Positions 37,392 through 47,181 of a stretch of 48,905 bases of DNA are shown here, in pieces (position 1 is the stretch's first letter; each line of letters starts with the position of its first letter). The notes below the pieces were generated by a model. The model was not told the DNA's origin and made no database searches. It worked only from the letters and a program-made list of their open reading frames with translations. Origin of the DNA: Pseudobdellovibrionaceae bacterium (lineage in GTDB: Bacteria; Bdellovibrionota; Bdellovibrionia; Bdellovibrionales; Bdellovibrionaceae); the NCBI GenBank assembly GCA_044359815.1, contig JBIKLL010000015.1, positions 1 to 48,905 on the forward strand, read 5' to 3'. The translations under genes and the position numbers were made by a program.

Positions 37392-38298
37392 GCTTAGTAG
37401 ATTTATTGGCTCTGCCAAAGCGATCGATGTAATTGCAATGCTGGCAAAGCTTTTCGGTTAATTTCCTGTGTCTGAATCCGTTTAAAATTTTCTGAGCTTT
37501 TTCTGACGACAAGATTTGATCCAGATTTTCAGCTGGCAATTTTCCCAGTGGCATTACACCTTCTTTGTCCAAGCAACAGGGAACCACAGTTCCATCAGCT
37601 AATATGCCTATATGATCTGTCAGTGCTTTGCATGTGCCCTGGGTACCTAAAAAAGGCTGATCTAATGAGGGCCACACAAACTCGGTATCAAAATGCAGAT
37701 ACACTCGATTAAAAATTTTAAGGCTTTTTTGAAGTCTTAAATCCAAGGCTTGCTTGATCTGAAAGCCATAGTGCTGCTGTATCATCGACAAAATTTTAAT
37801 ATGACTGTGCTGGTTTGACCTGGGATCTTTCAGATTCCAGATTCTAAAGTTTATATACAGGTCAGGTCTGTTGGCGGTTGCAGTTTCGGTAAATTTAAAA
37901 ATCTTGGCTAAATATTCCGTGGGATCTTTGTCAGGAAAATTATCATTAAAACTATGCAGCGAAAAGTTAACCTGTTCGACAGATTTATTCAGCAAAATTT
38001 CAGAGTGTTTTTCCTTCAGCAAAACCCCATTAGTGACCAAAAATATCTTTACCTGATGCTGTTCACAGACGTTGATAAATTGCTCAAGCTTGGGATGCAG
38101 CAAAGGCTCACCCATCAAATGCAGACAAACCTGTTTTGTCAGTGGACCTGCCTGCTGGATAATGGACTCAAACAATTCAAGCGGCATCAAACGCTTTTCG
38201 CGAAGCACTTCAGGACAAAAACTGCATTGCAGATTGCAGATATTGCTGATTTCAATATTGATTTTTTTAAAACGCTTTTTCACGGTCTGCTCAGCCAA
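37360..38298 (-). CDS. Radical SAM/SPASM-domain protein
   Basis: CNLQCSFC, GEPLLHP, TNG, ILADGTVVPCCLD and C-terminal CQHC. Confidence 0.92.
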   Translation of the reverse strand: MAEQTVKKRFKKINIEISNICNLQCSFCPEVLREKRLMPLELFESIIQQAGPLTKQVCLHLMGEPLLHPKLEQFINVCEQHQVKIFLVTNGVLLKEKHSEILLNKSVEQVNFSLHSFNDNFPDKDPTEYLAKIFKFTETATANRPDLYINFRIWNLKDPRSNQHSHIKILSMIQQHYGFQIKQALDLRLQKSLKIFNRVYLHFDTEFVWPSLDQPFLGTQGTCKALTDHIGILADGTVVPCCLDKEGVMPLGKLPAENLDQILSSEKAQKILNGFRHRKLTEKLCQHCNYIDRFGRANKSTKLTLCKAFCWD

Positions 38299-38331
38299 CT
38301 GTCCCCCAGTAGAATGAGTCCAGACCTTAAA

Positions 38332-38748
38332 CTACATGCACTTAAAAATCATCTCTACCGTGTAACCTTTGCCAGCCACATCGTCGGCAATGGCTCCGCC
38401 CAATCCAACCACACCGCCAGCGTTAGATTCGTTTCTACCGCCCAGGGCCCACACTGTGCCGCCAACACCCTTCGCGATCTTGGCTCCGGTCTTAGTGGCG
38501 TTATAGCTCTCCTCTGACATAGAACCCGTGTATTTAGCATTTTCTGAAACGACTGCGTAGCTCCTGTTTGATTCTTGGCAGTAATGTTGGGCTTGTTTAC
38601 TGGCTTCTCGGGCACCCTGCTCTTTGTCTTCGGCCACAATCACCACTCGGTGATTACCATCGGCCGAAGGCCTAACATCTTTGTGATGGGCACAGCCAAC
38701 AAGGGCCATTAAACCGATACTGATTGATAAAACTTTAATTGATTTCAT
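38332..38748 (-). CDS. Small lipoprotein with glycine-zipper-like segment
   Basis: Lipobox LVGC, AGGAG RBS, A..YC...FKC Cys pair. Confidence 0.82.
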   Translation of the reverse strand: MKSIKVLSISIGLMALVGCAHHKDVRPSADGNHRVVIVAEDKEQGAREASKQAQHYCQESNRSYAVVSENAKYTGSMSEESYNATKTGAKIAKGVGGTVWALGGRNESNAGGVVGLGGAIADDVAGKGYTVEMIFKCM

Positions 38749-38783
38749 TTTTACTTTCTCCTGTCTTAGTCAGATTACTTATC

Positions 38784-40799
38784 TTAATTGCCACCGGTCA
38801 AAGATTTCAAATACTCAGCCCTGGTTGATGCAAAAGCCGAATTCAAACCGTTGATTCTGGAATCAATAGGGGCCTTTTCTGCACGGTATCTGTCCAAAAC
38901 TGGTTGTAATCCCCTGAGCTCATTCTGACTTTGTGCTAAATCATTTTGCATCTGAGCTAAGTCATTTTTAAAAGCTTGCAGTCTTTGCAGAAACTCTTGG
39001 ATGTTTCTCTCCAATGTGGTTTTTTGATCCTGAGCCCTTCTGAATTCTGATTTAGCAGCATTTAGTTTTGATAAAGCTAAATCCGCGCTGGCCTTTTTAC
39101 CTGCATAACCAACTCTGGCATCATAGGCATTCAAAGCTGATTTTGCTGATTGCAGAGAATTTCGCAGCCCTGGAATTTGCCCCCTCAAACTTTGTTCACG
39201 GGATTCCAACTGTGACTCCTCAGATCTGAGGTTTGGCAGCTGAGTCATTTGGATGCTGTCGATTTCTCGTCGCTTAGATGAAATGCTGTTATCAATATCG
39301 TCGAATCTTCTTTGGGCGCGGTCCCTGTTATTGATCAATCTGTCTTGAATCTGCCTAGCTTCGCGCTCGGCGTTTCTTTCAATTCTTTCCACTTCGTTTC
39401 TGGCGCTCCATAGCCTTCTGTTCACATCACGCTCTTGGTCTTTGGCGATGTCCAACTGTCGATTGGCTTCGCGCTGCTCGGCCTGCTGGACAGTACAATC
39501 TGCACCGGGTGTTGATTGACACTGACGCAGACTTTGATCAGCTCGGTCCCGATCAGCTCTTTTTCTGTTAACTTCATTATTTGCCATCTGAGATTCCCGC
39601 TCATACCGGCTCACATCATTTTTTGCCTGATTATAACCCGGATCAGCTTGTCTGCGTTTTTCAATCTCCCACCTTAAATCAAAACGATCTAATTCAGATT
39701 GCGCCTGCCTCAGATCAGACTGAGCATCCACTCGGTCTCGCTCTAAGGATTGGATCTCTGATGACAAACTTCTGGCTCTAGCTTCCAGCTGCTGCTGTTC
39801 AGATCTATTATTTGCCAATCTTCTGATTGTGGCTTCAAGACTGGATTGAGCATTATCTAAATTACTTTCTGCTTCATCGACTTCGTTTTGCAGACGATCG
39901 TGTTCAGGGGCTACCTGATCCAAAATTTCTTTTTTATTTTTGTAGTCAGCTTGCAAAGGCACGATAGCGGCTTCTAATCCTGGCAATCGAGCATTCACAT
40001 TGGCCAGCTCAGATCTGGAATTGACCAGGGATCTTTCGGTTTCAGAAATGCTTCGTTGCTTAGCTGGGATCAAATTATTTTTCAGATCATTAATATGAAA
40101 ATCTAACTGCTCAGCCCTGACCAGCTCTGAACCATATTTTGCTTTCAGATCAGCTAATTCTTTTTTAGCCCCTTCAGTTTGATTAAACAGATCATAGGCC
40201 CTTGCCAACAATCCCCTCAGATTTGTAGTTCTGGCTATGTCCATCTTGGCCGCGTCAACGACTGCGGGTATCCCCTGTAAAAACAAATTATCAAACTGAG
40301 GTCTAAGGATCGATTGTCCTTTGTTACATCGCTTTTCTAGCTCAGCAACGGTTTCAGCCAATCCTCTCAGTGAAAACTGCACAGGCTTGGTTTCGTTATT
40401 AGGTGGAGCAAATTTAATTTCTTTAGTGCTTGTCAGCGCTTCCATCACAGAAGCCAAAGATCTGTTACCCAAATAAATAAAGTTTTCTGCGCTGCCTGAT
40501 GATACAATCCCAAACTGCATCAGGATCGGATTTGCTCCCAAACCACCTTGCAATGCAGGAACCTTTGCCCCCCGGCCAGTTCTGACGATGTACCATTCAG
40601 CCAGTTTGTTGGATTCCTTAGGCAACATCACGCCGAACTGGTAATCCTGTTCTTCCCGATCACCTTCGGTGAAGGCATAGCAGACATTGGATTTAATAGC
40701 TAAATTCCAATCTCTGGCGCTGGATACAATATCAGATCCCGCTGTCGCAAATCTAAACGTAAATAAAACCGACAAAATAAAGATAGTTTTCATATTCAC
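38784..40799 (-). CDS. Secreted long coiled-coil protein
   Basis: Signal peptide, ~170-aa globular N-terminal domain, then ~480 aa of heptad-rich helix with a central CQSTPGADC turn. Confidence 0.85.
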   Translation of the reverse strand: MNMKTIFILSVLFTFRFATAGSDIVSSARDWNLAIKSNVCYAFTEGDREEQDYQFGVMLPKESNKLAEWYIVRTGRGAKVPALQGGLGANPILMQFGIVSSGSAENFIYLGNRSLASVMEALTSTKEIKFAPPNNETKPVQFSLRGLAETVAELEKRCNKGQSILRPQFDNLFLQGIPAVVDAAKMDIARTTNLRGLLARAYDLFNQTEGAKKELADLKAKYGSELVRAEQLDFHINDLKNNLIPAKQRSISETERSLVNSRSELANVNARLPGLEAAIVPLQADYKNKKEILDQVAPEHDRLQNEVDEAESNLDNAQSSLEATIRRLANNRSEQQQLEARARSLSSEIQSLERDRVDAQSDLRQAQSELDRFDLRWEIEKRRQADPGYNQAKNDVSRYERESQMANNEVNRKRADRDRADQSLRQCQSTPGADCTVQQAEQREANRQLDIAKDQERDVNRRLWSARNEVERIERNAEREARQIQDRLINNRDRAQRRFDDIDNSISSKRREIDSIQMTQLPNLRSEESQLESREQSLRGQIPGLRNSLQSAKSALNAYDARVGYAGKKASADLALSKLNAAKSEFRRAQDQKTTLERNIQEFLQRLQAFKNDLAQMQNDLAQSQNELRGLQPVLDRYRAEKAPIDSRINGLNSAFASTRAEYLKSLTGGN

Positions 40800-40944
40800 C
40801 CCTCAGCAAATTCTGACTTTCCTTAGTTATTTTATCAAGGATCGACTGAAATCCCAGGGTGTCAAAATGACTCTGTAGGCTAAGTTAAAATCCCAGGACA
40901 TTTACCAACATTGATCTTAGACTTTTTAAATACCCGAGGGGGAT

Positions 40945-41745
40945 TTGATGCTAGCGATTCTGAACAAGAGTTCTAAATATTCTGTTAAGTTTTTGGGCCT
41001 TATGCTGCCTGCAATATTGTTTTTCAATTTCAGCTGGGCACAAGAACTGAATAAATCAAATCCATCCGCAACTGCACCCAACAGCGCCATGGACAGCTTG
41101 AGTGGATACACAGTTTCATTAAATAATTTAGAACTTGTTAACAGAACTCAGTGGCAATCCCATTTAGAATGCTACAAAGCTTCAGCAAATCTGCTGAAAG
41201 AAATTAAAAACACTGCAGGCCCACAGCTTTTTGAATTGCCAGGGAGTGATTCCCTGTTTGGACTGGCATCCAGCAGAGGCAATATCAGTTATAAAACAAA
41301 GATCTATGTTTTCAACAAAGACCAAATAGTTTTGAGTTTCGCAAAAAATCCCGCAGACAAAGTCGAAGGCAATTATCTGGGGCAAATAACCTTACCTATA
41401 TCTGTACAAAGCAAAAGTTCACCCACTAAAAATTATTGCATCAGAATGAAAAATCAAATGATTACCGACACCATCCTTAATATGAAGTCCAACGGAACCG
41501 TGGCAAAATGCAATCCCGAAAACTCTAATTATCCTGTTGCACAGTTTATCCCGCCCAAAGAAAGCTTAACCCTGACTGACGCAAAGGTGTTTGAAGATGC
41601 CATGATGATTTTACGCGACAGCATCGACAGAAATTTGGGTCATATAAAAACCGACCTTAAATCTGTAACCCTTAAGGAATCAGGTTTGAAACTTCAGGCA
41701 ATTGTTAACACAGCCTGTGACCCGACTATGCTGTCTAAAAAATAA
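40945..41745 (+). CDS. Hypothetical secreted protein
   Basis: 266-aa ORF with GAGGGGG RBS and signal peptide. Confidence 0.75.
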   Translation: MMLAILNKSSKYSVKFLGLMLPAILFFNFSWAQELNKSNPSATAPNSAMDSLSGYTVSLNNLELVNRTQWQSHLECYKASANLLKEIKNTAGPQLFELPGSDSLFGLASSRGNISYKTKIYVFNKDQIVLSFAKNPADKVEGNYLGQITLPISVQSKSSPTKNYCIRMKNQMITDTILNMKSNGTVAKCNPENSNYPVAQFIPPKESLTLTDAKVFEDAMMILRDSIDRNLGHIKTDLKSVTLKESGLKLQAIVNTACDPTMLSKK

Positions 41746-41748
41746 TTT

Positions 41749-42075
41749 TTAGGTTTTCTTTTTGGAAATTTCTATTTCCGCTGTGATTTTAAATTTATGA
41801 CTTTCGGCAAACTTTGAAAATTCGCTGACTATATCTATTTTTTGAATCAGGCCTGAAATCTCTTTACCCACACGGGTTGTGACTTCCTCTTTGCTTTTTT
41901 GAGCGCTTTGCAAAACCACATTCAGGATTTCCTTTGGAAGCTTTAATTCACTTAAATAAATTCTAATGCTTTCCTCGGTCATAAAGGCCGCACTAACTCC
42001 CAATGCGAAAACCTTTCTGATGGTTTCAGAAATCAACCCCGAATTTTGTTTATCGTCCGAATCTTTACCTGCCAT
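41749..42075 (-). CDS. Conserved hypothetical protein
   Basis: Likely start MAGKD at 42075, overlapping the START gene stop. G..AAFMTEE.IR motif. Confidence 0.75.
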   Translation of the reverse strand: MAGKDSDDKQNSGLISETIRKVFALGVSAAFMTEESIRIYLSELKLPKEILNVVLQSAQKSKEEVTTRVGKEISGLIQKIDIVSEFSKFAESHKFKITAEIEISKKKT

Positions 42076-42496
42076 ACAGATTTGCAATCCTTTTGTGATA
42101 AGAAGACATCATATTAGGTAAATTCACACTGACCAAAACCTTGGCCAACGGCCCTGGCACCATTAAGCCAAAGGTTGCTTCCACACTGTAGGTTGCCCTG
42201 GTTTTACCGCCTTCGGCTTCCATTTTCCAAAAACCGCTAGAGGTTTTAAAAATTTCCCCAGAGGCAAATTCCCATTTTATCAAATTTGGTTTCTCCTCAG
42301 TCATCCACAGGCAGTATTTAAAATTTTTAACAACAGACACTGAGTATTCAACCAGCTTTCTGTTTCCTTCGGTTTTTAAAACCTGACAGGCTTTAACCTC
42401 CTGTAAAAATTCTGGATATTTTGCGTAATCAGCCACCACATTAAAAAACTGTTCGGGTGTGCAGTTAAAAATCTCTGATGTTTGCGCTCCTGCCAT
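42065..42496 (-). CDS. SRPBCC/START (polyketide cyclase, RatA/Coq10-like) protein
   Basis: F.VVADY.KYPEFL and G.W motifs. Confidence 0.88.
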   Translation of the reverse strand: MAGAQTSEIFNCTPEQFFNVVADYAKYPEFLQEVKACQVLKTEGNRKLVEYSVSVVKNFKYCLWMTEEKPNLIKWEFASGEIFKTSSGFWKMEAEGGKTRATYSVEATFGLMVPGPLAKVLVSVNLPNMMSSYHKRIANLYGR

Positions 42497-42497
42497 T

Positions 42498-43472
42498 TTA
42501 AACTCCTGTCGAATACCCTGGCTTTAATCCCAAATTATGAATGGACTCCACTGTACGAATCGTACCTGATTTTGATCTCATGACAAGTGATTGCGTGGTT
42601 GCTTTATCATGAGCTAAAAATTTAACCCCTTTCAATAAAGGCCCATCAGTTACACCCGTTGCGATAAACATCACCGAACCTGTAGCTAGCTCATCGATGG
42701 TGTATTTCTTGTTAAAGTCTTTGATTCCCATTTTTTCGGCTCTGGATTTTTCAGAATCGGTTCTAAAAACCAAACGCCCCTGAAAATCCCCACCCAAACA
42801 CTGTAAAGCAGCCGCCGAGATCACTCCCTCGGGGGCCCCACCCGTGCCCAGCAATAAATCTATACCAGTAAAATCCCAACTGGATGCCACTGCTGCTGAT
42901 ACATCTCCATCGCCAATTAATTGGATCCTTGCCCCCGTTTTGCGTACAGCCTGAATCAGATTTTCATGACGTGGTCTATCCAAAATAACGACAGTTACAT
43001 CTTCAACGTGTTTACCCAAAGCTGCGGCGACCCTTTTGATATTTTCAGCCGGTGGCAAATCAATATCAATTTTACCCTTGGCCGCTGGCCCACAGGCAAT
43101 TTTGTCCATATAGGTATCAGGAGCATGCAGAAACTTTCCTTTTTCAGCCACCGCAATGACCGAGATTGATCCCACTCCACCCTTTGCGCAGATAGTAGTT
43201 CCCTCCAAGGGATCCAGAGCAATATCAATTTTGGGACAATCAGGTCCCGTTTGACCGACCTTTTCGCCGATGTACAACATCGGGGCCTCATCACGCTCGC
43301 CTTCACCAATCACCACGGTTCCGTCGATTCTGACCGAGTCAAAAGCTTTTCTCATGGCATCGACAGCGGCTTGATCGGCGGCCTTTTCATCACCACGTCC
43401 CATAAACCGGGCGCAAGCCAAGGATGCGGCCTCGGTGATTCTGACAAATTCCAATGCAAGATTTCTGTCCAT
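42498..43472 (-). CDS. glpX: Class II fructose-1,6-bisphosphatase
   Basis: ADQAAVDAMR, VVIGEGERDEAPMLYIGE, DPLEGT, DGDV, GGAPEGV and ATGVTDG motifs. Confidence 0.97.
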   Translation of the reverse strand: MDRNLALEFVRITEAASLACARFMGRGDEKAADQAAVDAMRKAFDSVRIDGTVVIGEGERDEAPMLYIGEKVGQTGPDCPKIDIALDPLEGTTICAKGGVGSISVIAVAEKGKFLHAPDTYMDKIACGPAAKGKIDIDLPPAENIKRVAAALGKHVEDVTVVILDRPRHENLIQAVRKTGARIQLIGDGDVSAAVASSWDFTGIDLLLGTGGAPEGVISAAALQCLGGDFQGRLVFRTDSEKSRAEKMGIKDFNKKYTIDELATGSVMFIATGVTDGPLLKGVKFLAHDKATTQSLVMRSKSGTIRTVESIHNLGLKPGYSTGV

Positions 43473-43478
43473 TGCTTC

Positions 43479-44144
43479 CTACCTTTGTTCGATATGAGTT
43501 CTCATGATTTCTGCAACATATTTCATGACGGCCTCTATGGTCACTTGAAAAATTGTTTCATTAAAACTGACTTCTTTTTCATAAAACGCCAAACACTCTA
43601 CCTGTGTTCCTTGGCCTTGCGAGTCTAAAAATATCACATCACCTTGAGCGCCTTTAAAATAACCTTCGATCACTTTCATATGCACAACTCTCTCTGCGGA
43701 CTGTGATTGAGGATCAAAATCAAGCTTTAGTTTGAGCGGAAATTCCTTACCCAAAATACTGATGACTAGGCTCAGATTTTTAAGAGCCTCATCATACTTA
43801 ACTTCGTGCAAAAATCTGCTGGCTTTTTTTAGTTCCGAAAACTCCAGTGCCCTCTTCCAGCTGGTGTTTAAATCTGTTTTTAATCCACCAACTCCTTTGA
43901 AACTCCAACCCTGGTCCAATTTGCGAGCAGAAATTAAAATCTTGCGATTTTCAAACAGCAGCTCTTTCAACTGAGGATTCTTAAGCCAAAACTTGGCCGA
44001 TTTATCAGTGTTTTTTGATTTCTCTGCCGAATTGGCTTGCAATGCAAAAAATGAAAGCACCAATATTGCAAAAAGGACATTGACAGTTCTTTGAGCATTT
44101 CTTCCAATAGGACTAGATGAATAAAAAAAGTTTAAATATTCCAA
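43479..44144 (-). CDS. Hypothetical exported protein
   Basis: 221-aa ORF directly upstream of glpX with a signal-like segment. The true start is probably downstream of 44144, because the ORF overlaps pgsA head-to-head. Confidence 0.7.
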   Translation of the reverse strand: MEYLNFFYSSSPIGRNAQRTVNVLFAILVLSFFALQANSAEKSKNTDKSAKFWLKNPQLKELLFENRKILISARKLDQGWSFKGVGGLKTDLNTSWKRALEFSELKKASRFLHEVKYDEALKNLSLVISILGKEFPLKLKLDFDPQSQSAERVVHMKVIEGYFKGAQGDVIFLDSQGQGTQVECLAFYEKEVSFNETIFQVTIEAVMKYVAEIMRTHIEQR

Positions 44145-44689
44145 TGATGCTAACTTACTCCAGAATTTTTGTAGTTCCAGTGATAATGTATTTTGTTAGC
44201 TTAGATTCTTTGTCTGGAAACATTCTGGCGGCTTTATTTTTTATTTTAGCCTCGATTTCAGATTACTATGACGGGTATTTTGCCAGAAAATTAAACATGG
44301 TTAGTAATATGGGTAAACTGATGGACCCCGTGGCAGACAAAATTTTTATCACATCTGTTTTAATATTAATGATTCCCAAGGGCATCATTCACCCCATTAT
44401 GGTAATAGTGATTTTAGCCCGCGATACTTTTATAGGCGGCATCAGGTCAGTAGCTGCCGCAGACAATATCGTCATTGATGCCAAGGCTGCTGGCAAATGG
44501 AAGACAGCTTTACAAATGGTAGCTATCCCAGCTGTTTTGGTGGGCGATTTTGAATACCTAAGTCAAACCATCCCTGTGGGAAAGTTTGGTCACGCCATTT
44601 TGTGGATTGCTGTGATTCTGAGTATCATCAGCGGAGTTCAGTATTATCTGGCCTATTTAAAATCACGCTCGAAATCGACTGGCAGATAA
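44117..44689 (+). CDS. pgsA: CDP-diacylglycerol--glycerol-3-phosphate 3-phosphatidyltransferase
   Basis: D..DG..AR.......G..MDP.ADK CDP-alcohol phosphotransferase motif and GKWKTALQM. Confidence 0.93.
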   Translation: MNKKSLNIPMMLTYSRIFVVPVIMYFVSLDSLSGNILAALFFILASISDYYDGYFARKLNMVSNMGKLMDPVADKIFITSVLILMIPKGIIHPIMVIVILARDTFIGGIRSVAAADNIVIDAKAAGKWKTALQMVAIPAVLVGDFEYLSQTIPVGKFGHAILWIAVILSIISGVQYYLAYLKSRSKSTGR

Positions 44690-44832
44690 TTTTTGGTATT
44701 GAGCCTATAGTAAGTGCCCAGATAAAAACCTGCCGTCAATGACCCCAACCCCAACAATACAATCAATAGCCAAAGCTTAAAGGAAAAGCCTTTTTGAAAT
44801 ATTTCAGTGGCGCTGGTCGTGCTGATTTTCAT
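44653..44832 (-). CDS. Small single-TM protein (59 aa, below the ORF-track cutoff)
   Basis: Hand translation: MKISTTSATEIFQKGFSFKLWLLIVLLGLGSLTAGFYLGTYYRLNTKNYLPVDFERDFK*. AAGGT RBS upstream. Overlaps the pgsA 3' end by 37 bp. Confidence 0.5.
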   Translation of the reverse strand: MKISTTSATEIFQKGFSFKLWLLIVLLGLGSLTAGFYLGTYYRLNTKNYLPVDFERDFK

Positions 44833-44885
44833 AAAAATACCTTATTCAAAATCTTTCGCCTGCGCAACCACTGATATCTTATTGC

Positions 44886-44976
44886 CAGCCATTTTATCTT
44901 TTGCCGAATTTGAAATCTAAAAAATCGTATATTTAGATTTTTTAGATTTCAAATTCGGCAAAAGATAACTTGGCTG
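44886..44976. repeat. Long hairpin: 33-bp perfect inverted repeat with 9-nt loop
   Basis: 44894-44926 is the reverse complement of 44936-44968, extended by CAGCCA/TGGCTG. Confidence 0.93.
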
Positions 44977-44982
44977 ACTGAA

Positions 44983-46521
44983 TCAGTCGGGGCAATGATG
45001 AGCCAAGATCATCAAGCCCTTGGCTTCGCCCTCGGGAATCAGGGCGCTGGTTTTTAGATTCATAAAGGGGCTATTGTTCCATTGATTTGTTGTGAGCGCT
45101 AAATCAATACAGAATTTCATTTTTTTGTTTTTTGAATTGATCACTAAATTATAGCTTTTCCCCACTGCAAAATCATTTCCCTCGACGATAAAATCACATT
45201 GTGGATGGCAGGCCCAGTTTTGCTGATAATTTGTGTACCAAATATGAAAATAAGGCTCAGCAGTTTCTGAATACAGTTTGTTATCTGCAGACAAATTATT
45301 TTGCATTCTCTTATCAGGCATGAGGGCGATGGGATTTTTTAAATACCAATTGGCTAACTGAGGAACATATTCAATCAAAACAGGCTGACTCTGCTGACTG
45401 TCCACATTTTTGATTTGATCTAACACAATCCTCAAGGGTTGCTTAAGCCCTAACTGATCCCATTTAAATTCTGTATAAACTAACCTAAACGACTGAAAGG
45501 GCCTTTCAACAGGTGGCAAAAACTCGATCATCAAAATAAAAAACAAAGCCACATATTCGGTTTTAATTTTTGGGATTTTTATTGATCCAATCAAATACAG
45601 GCTCAGCACGCTGATCCAAATATAATACCTGCCCTGCGAAAAGGGATGAGCTCCCATTACAAACAAACCCAAGGCAAAAGCCACCAGCGCCATTACAAAT
45701 TGTTTTGACCGATTAAAATAATAATCCAGACCTACAAGCACTGTCGCAAACAAAAACCCCGGCCACACCATGGAATCTTTCAATACGTCGAACTGCGGCC
45801 TCCCCAATCCACCCCAAGCTGACTGCAACCAAGGTCTGCACAAGACAGCAATACCAATCACCGCAACAGCTATGGGAATCAAATCAAAAAACATTTTTTT
45901 GTTTTTAAAATCAATCCTAGAATTTTTAAGGCAAAACAACACTCCTGATGCCACAAGCCCAGACAGGGTCTGCGTGTTTACTAAAGGCACTGCCATCCAA
46001 AGAGCCCAGGATTTTTTATACTTCAATGCTAACAAACCAAATACAAACAGTAATTCCAGCAAGGCATGATATCTGGCAGTTCGATGATGGACGAACTGCA
46101 CAGAGCTCATGCCATAAAATATTCCAGACACAATTTTAAATCCTGCAGACACTGGCAAAAACTCAACGGCAATAATTGCAGAGCTCAATGAATGAAAAAA
46201 CACAAAAGGTATTCTGACCCAAAAGTCTGAATCAGTGCTGTTAACAAGCTTTCCCACAGCTAGCCCCAGTGCTCCTGTATAAAATTGCAACCAAGGCGTG
46301 TATCTGTGCAAATTGGAATCTTCGATTTCTTTACCAGCAGCATTTACACTGATGCGATTTTCAGAATCCACCAATCTGGGAAGCCCACCGTCCAATATGG
46401 ATCTGGCTCTTTCAACGGTTTCAACTTCGTCAGCCCACATATGCCTTTGGCTAAGAGTCACCCCCTGTAATACCAACAGTGAAATCAGAACAGAAATAAA
46501 AACAATTACCTTCAAACACAC
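44983..46521 (-). CDS. GT-C fold membrane glycosyltransferase (ArnT/PMT-like)
   Basis: W.DE motif after TM1, many TM helices, R.P and ARY motifs, soluble C-terminal domain. Confidence 0.7.
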   Translation of the reverse strand: MCLKVIVFISVLISLLVLQGVTLSQRHMWADEVETVERARSILDGGLPRLVDSENRISVNAAGKEIEDSNLHRYTPWLQFYTGALGLAVGKLVNSTDSDFWVRIPFVFFHSLSSAIIAVEFLPVSAGFKIVSGIFYGMSSVQFVHHRTARYHALLELLFVFGLLALKYKKSWALWMAVPLVNTQTLSGLVASGVLFCLKNSRIDFKNKKMFFDLIPIAVAVIGIAVLCRPWLQSAWGGLGRPQFDVLKDSMVWPGFLFATVLVGLDYYFNRSKQFVMALVAFALGLFVMGAHPFSQGRYYIWISVLSLYLIGSIKIPKIKTEYVALFFILMIEFLPPVERPFQSFRLVYTEFKWDQLGLKQPLRIVLDQIKNVDSQQSQPVLIEYVPQLANWYLKNPIALMPDKRMQNNLSADNKLYSETAEPYFHIWYTNYQQNWACHPQCDFIVEGNDFAVGKSYNLVINSKNKKMKFCIDLALTTNQWNNSPFMNLKTSALIPEGEAKGLMILAHHCPD

Positions 46522-46656
46522 ATCCCAGTAGTGACCAAAAAGCGCCCTTTGATCGTAGTTTTTGCTTATTCAAATATCCCTGACAGGTTAATTATGAATC
46601 CAAAAAAAATCATGCTAATATTTGTTCAATTTATAAATCTTTAAAAGGAAATCGAT

Positions 46657-47124
46657 ATGAAAACCTTAGTGATGATTTTAATTGCAACCTCAGGTCTGTT
46701 GGCCCAAGCGGAACCTGCCTGCGAAACCATGCTGCAATGCCAGGTCAGCTACAGATTCCCCCTGGGTATGCATCATTATTATGACGTCAAGGTCACTGAT
46801 CATTTAGAAGTCCAGATGTCCAAGACTCACCCCCATTATCCAGAAGTTAAACTGGATAACTGCTATGCTGAAATCCAACACAAGGACTCAGCTACAGATT
46901 TGAATTTTTTTGCTCAGGTCTATAGTGAAACCATAGAGACCCAAGACAGCAATCAGTACACCATGCAATTGGGGCAAGAGCAGAATGTTGTTACCTATTT
47001 AAATGAAAATTCTGAAAAATTTAAAAGCCTTAATAACAAGCCAAAACATGAGATGACCGACATTAACGGGCGAATTATGTCAAATGTCGTATTTAGCTGC
47101 ATGGTTAAAAAAATTAGAAACTAA
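46657..47124 (+). CDS. Hypothetical secreted protein
   Basis: AAGGA RBS and signal peptide ending AQA. Confidence 0.8.
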   Translation: MKTLVMILIATSGLLAQAEPACETMLQCQVSYRFPLGMHHYYDVKVTDHLEVQMSKTHPHYPEVKLDNCYAEIQHKDSATDLNFFAQVYSETIETQDSNQYTMQLGQEQNVVTYLNENSEKFKSLNNKPKHEMTDINGRIMSNVVFSCMVKKIRN

Positions 47125-47181
47125 AGGGCTTTTTTGATTGACCCAAACCCGCAGGATTAGTTTATATTTCAGCCTCAGAAA

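Noticed and set aside
37954..38517. 187-aa plus-strand ORF
   Set aside because: Antisense to the radical SAM and lipoprotein genes, with no recognisable motifs.
38784..40799. SMC/chromosome segregation protein
   Set aside because: It has a signal peptide and no Walker A/B or signature motifs.
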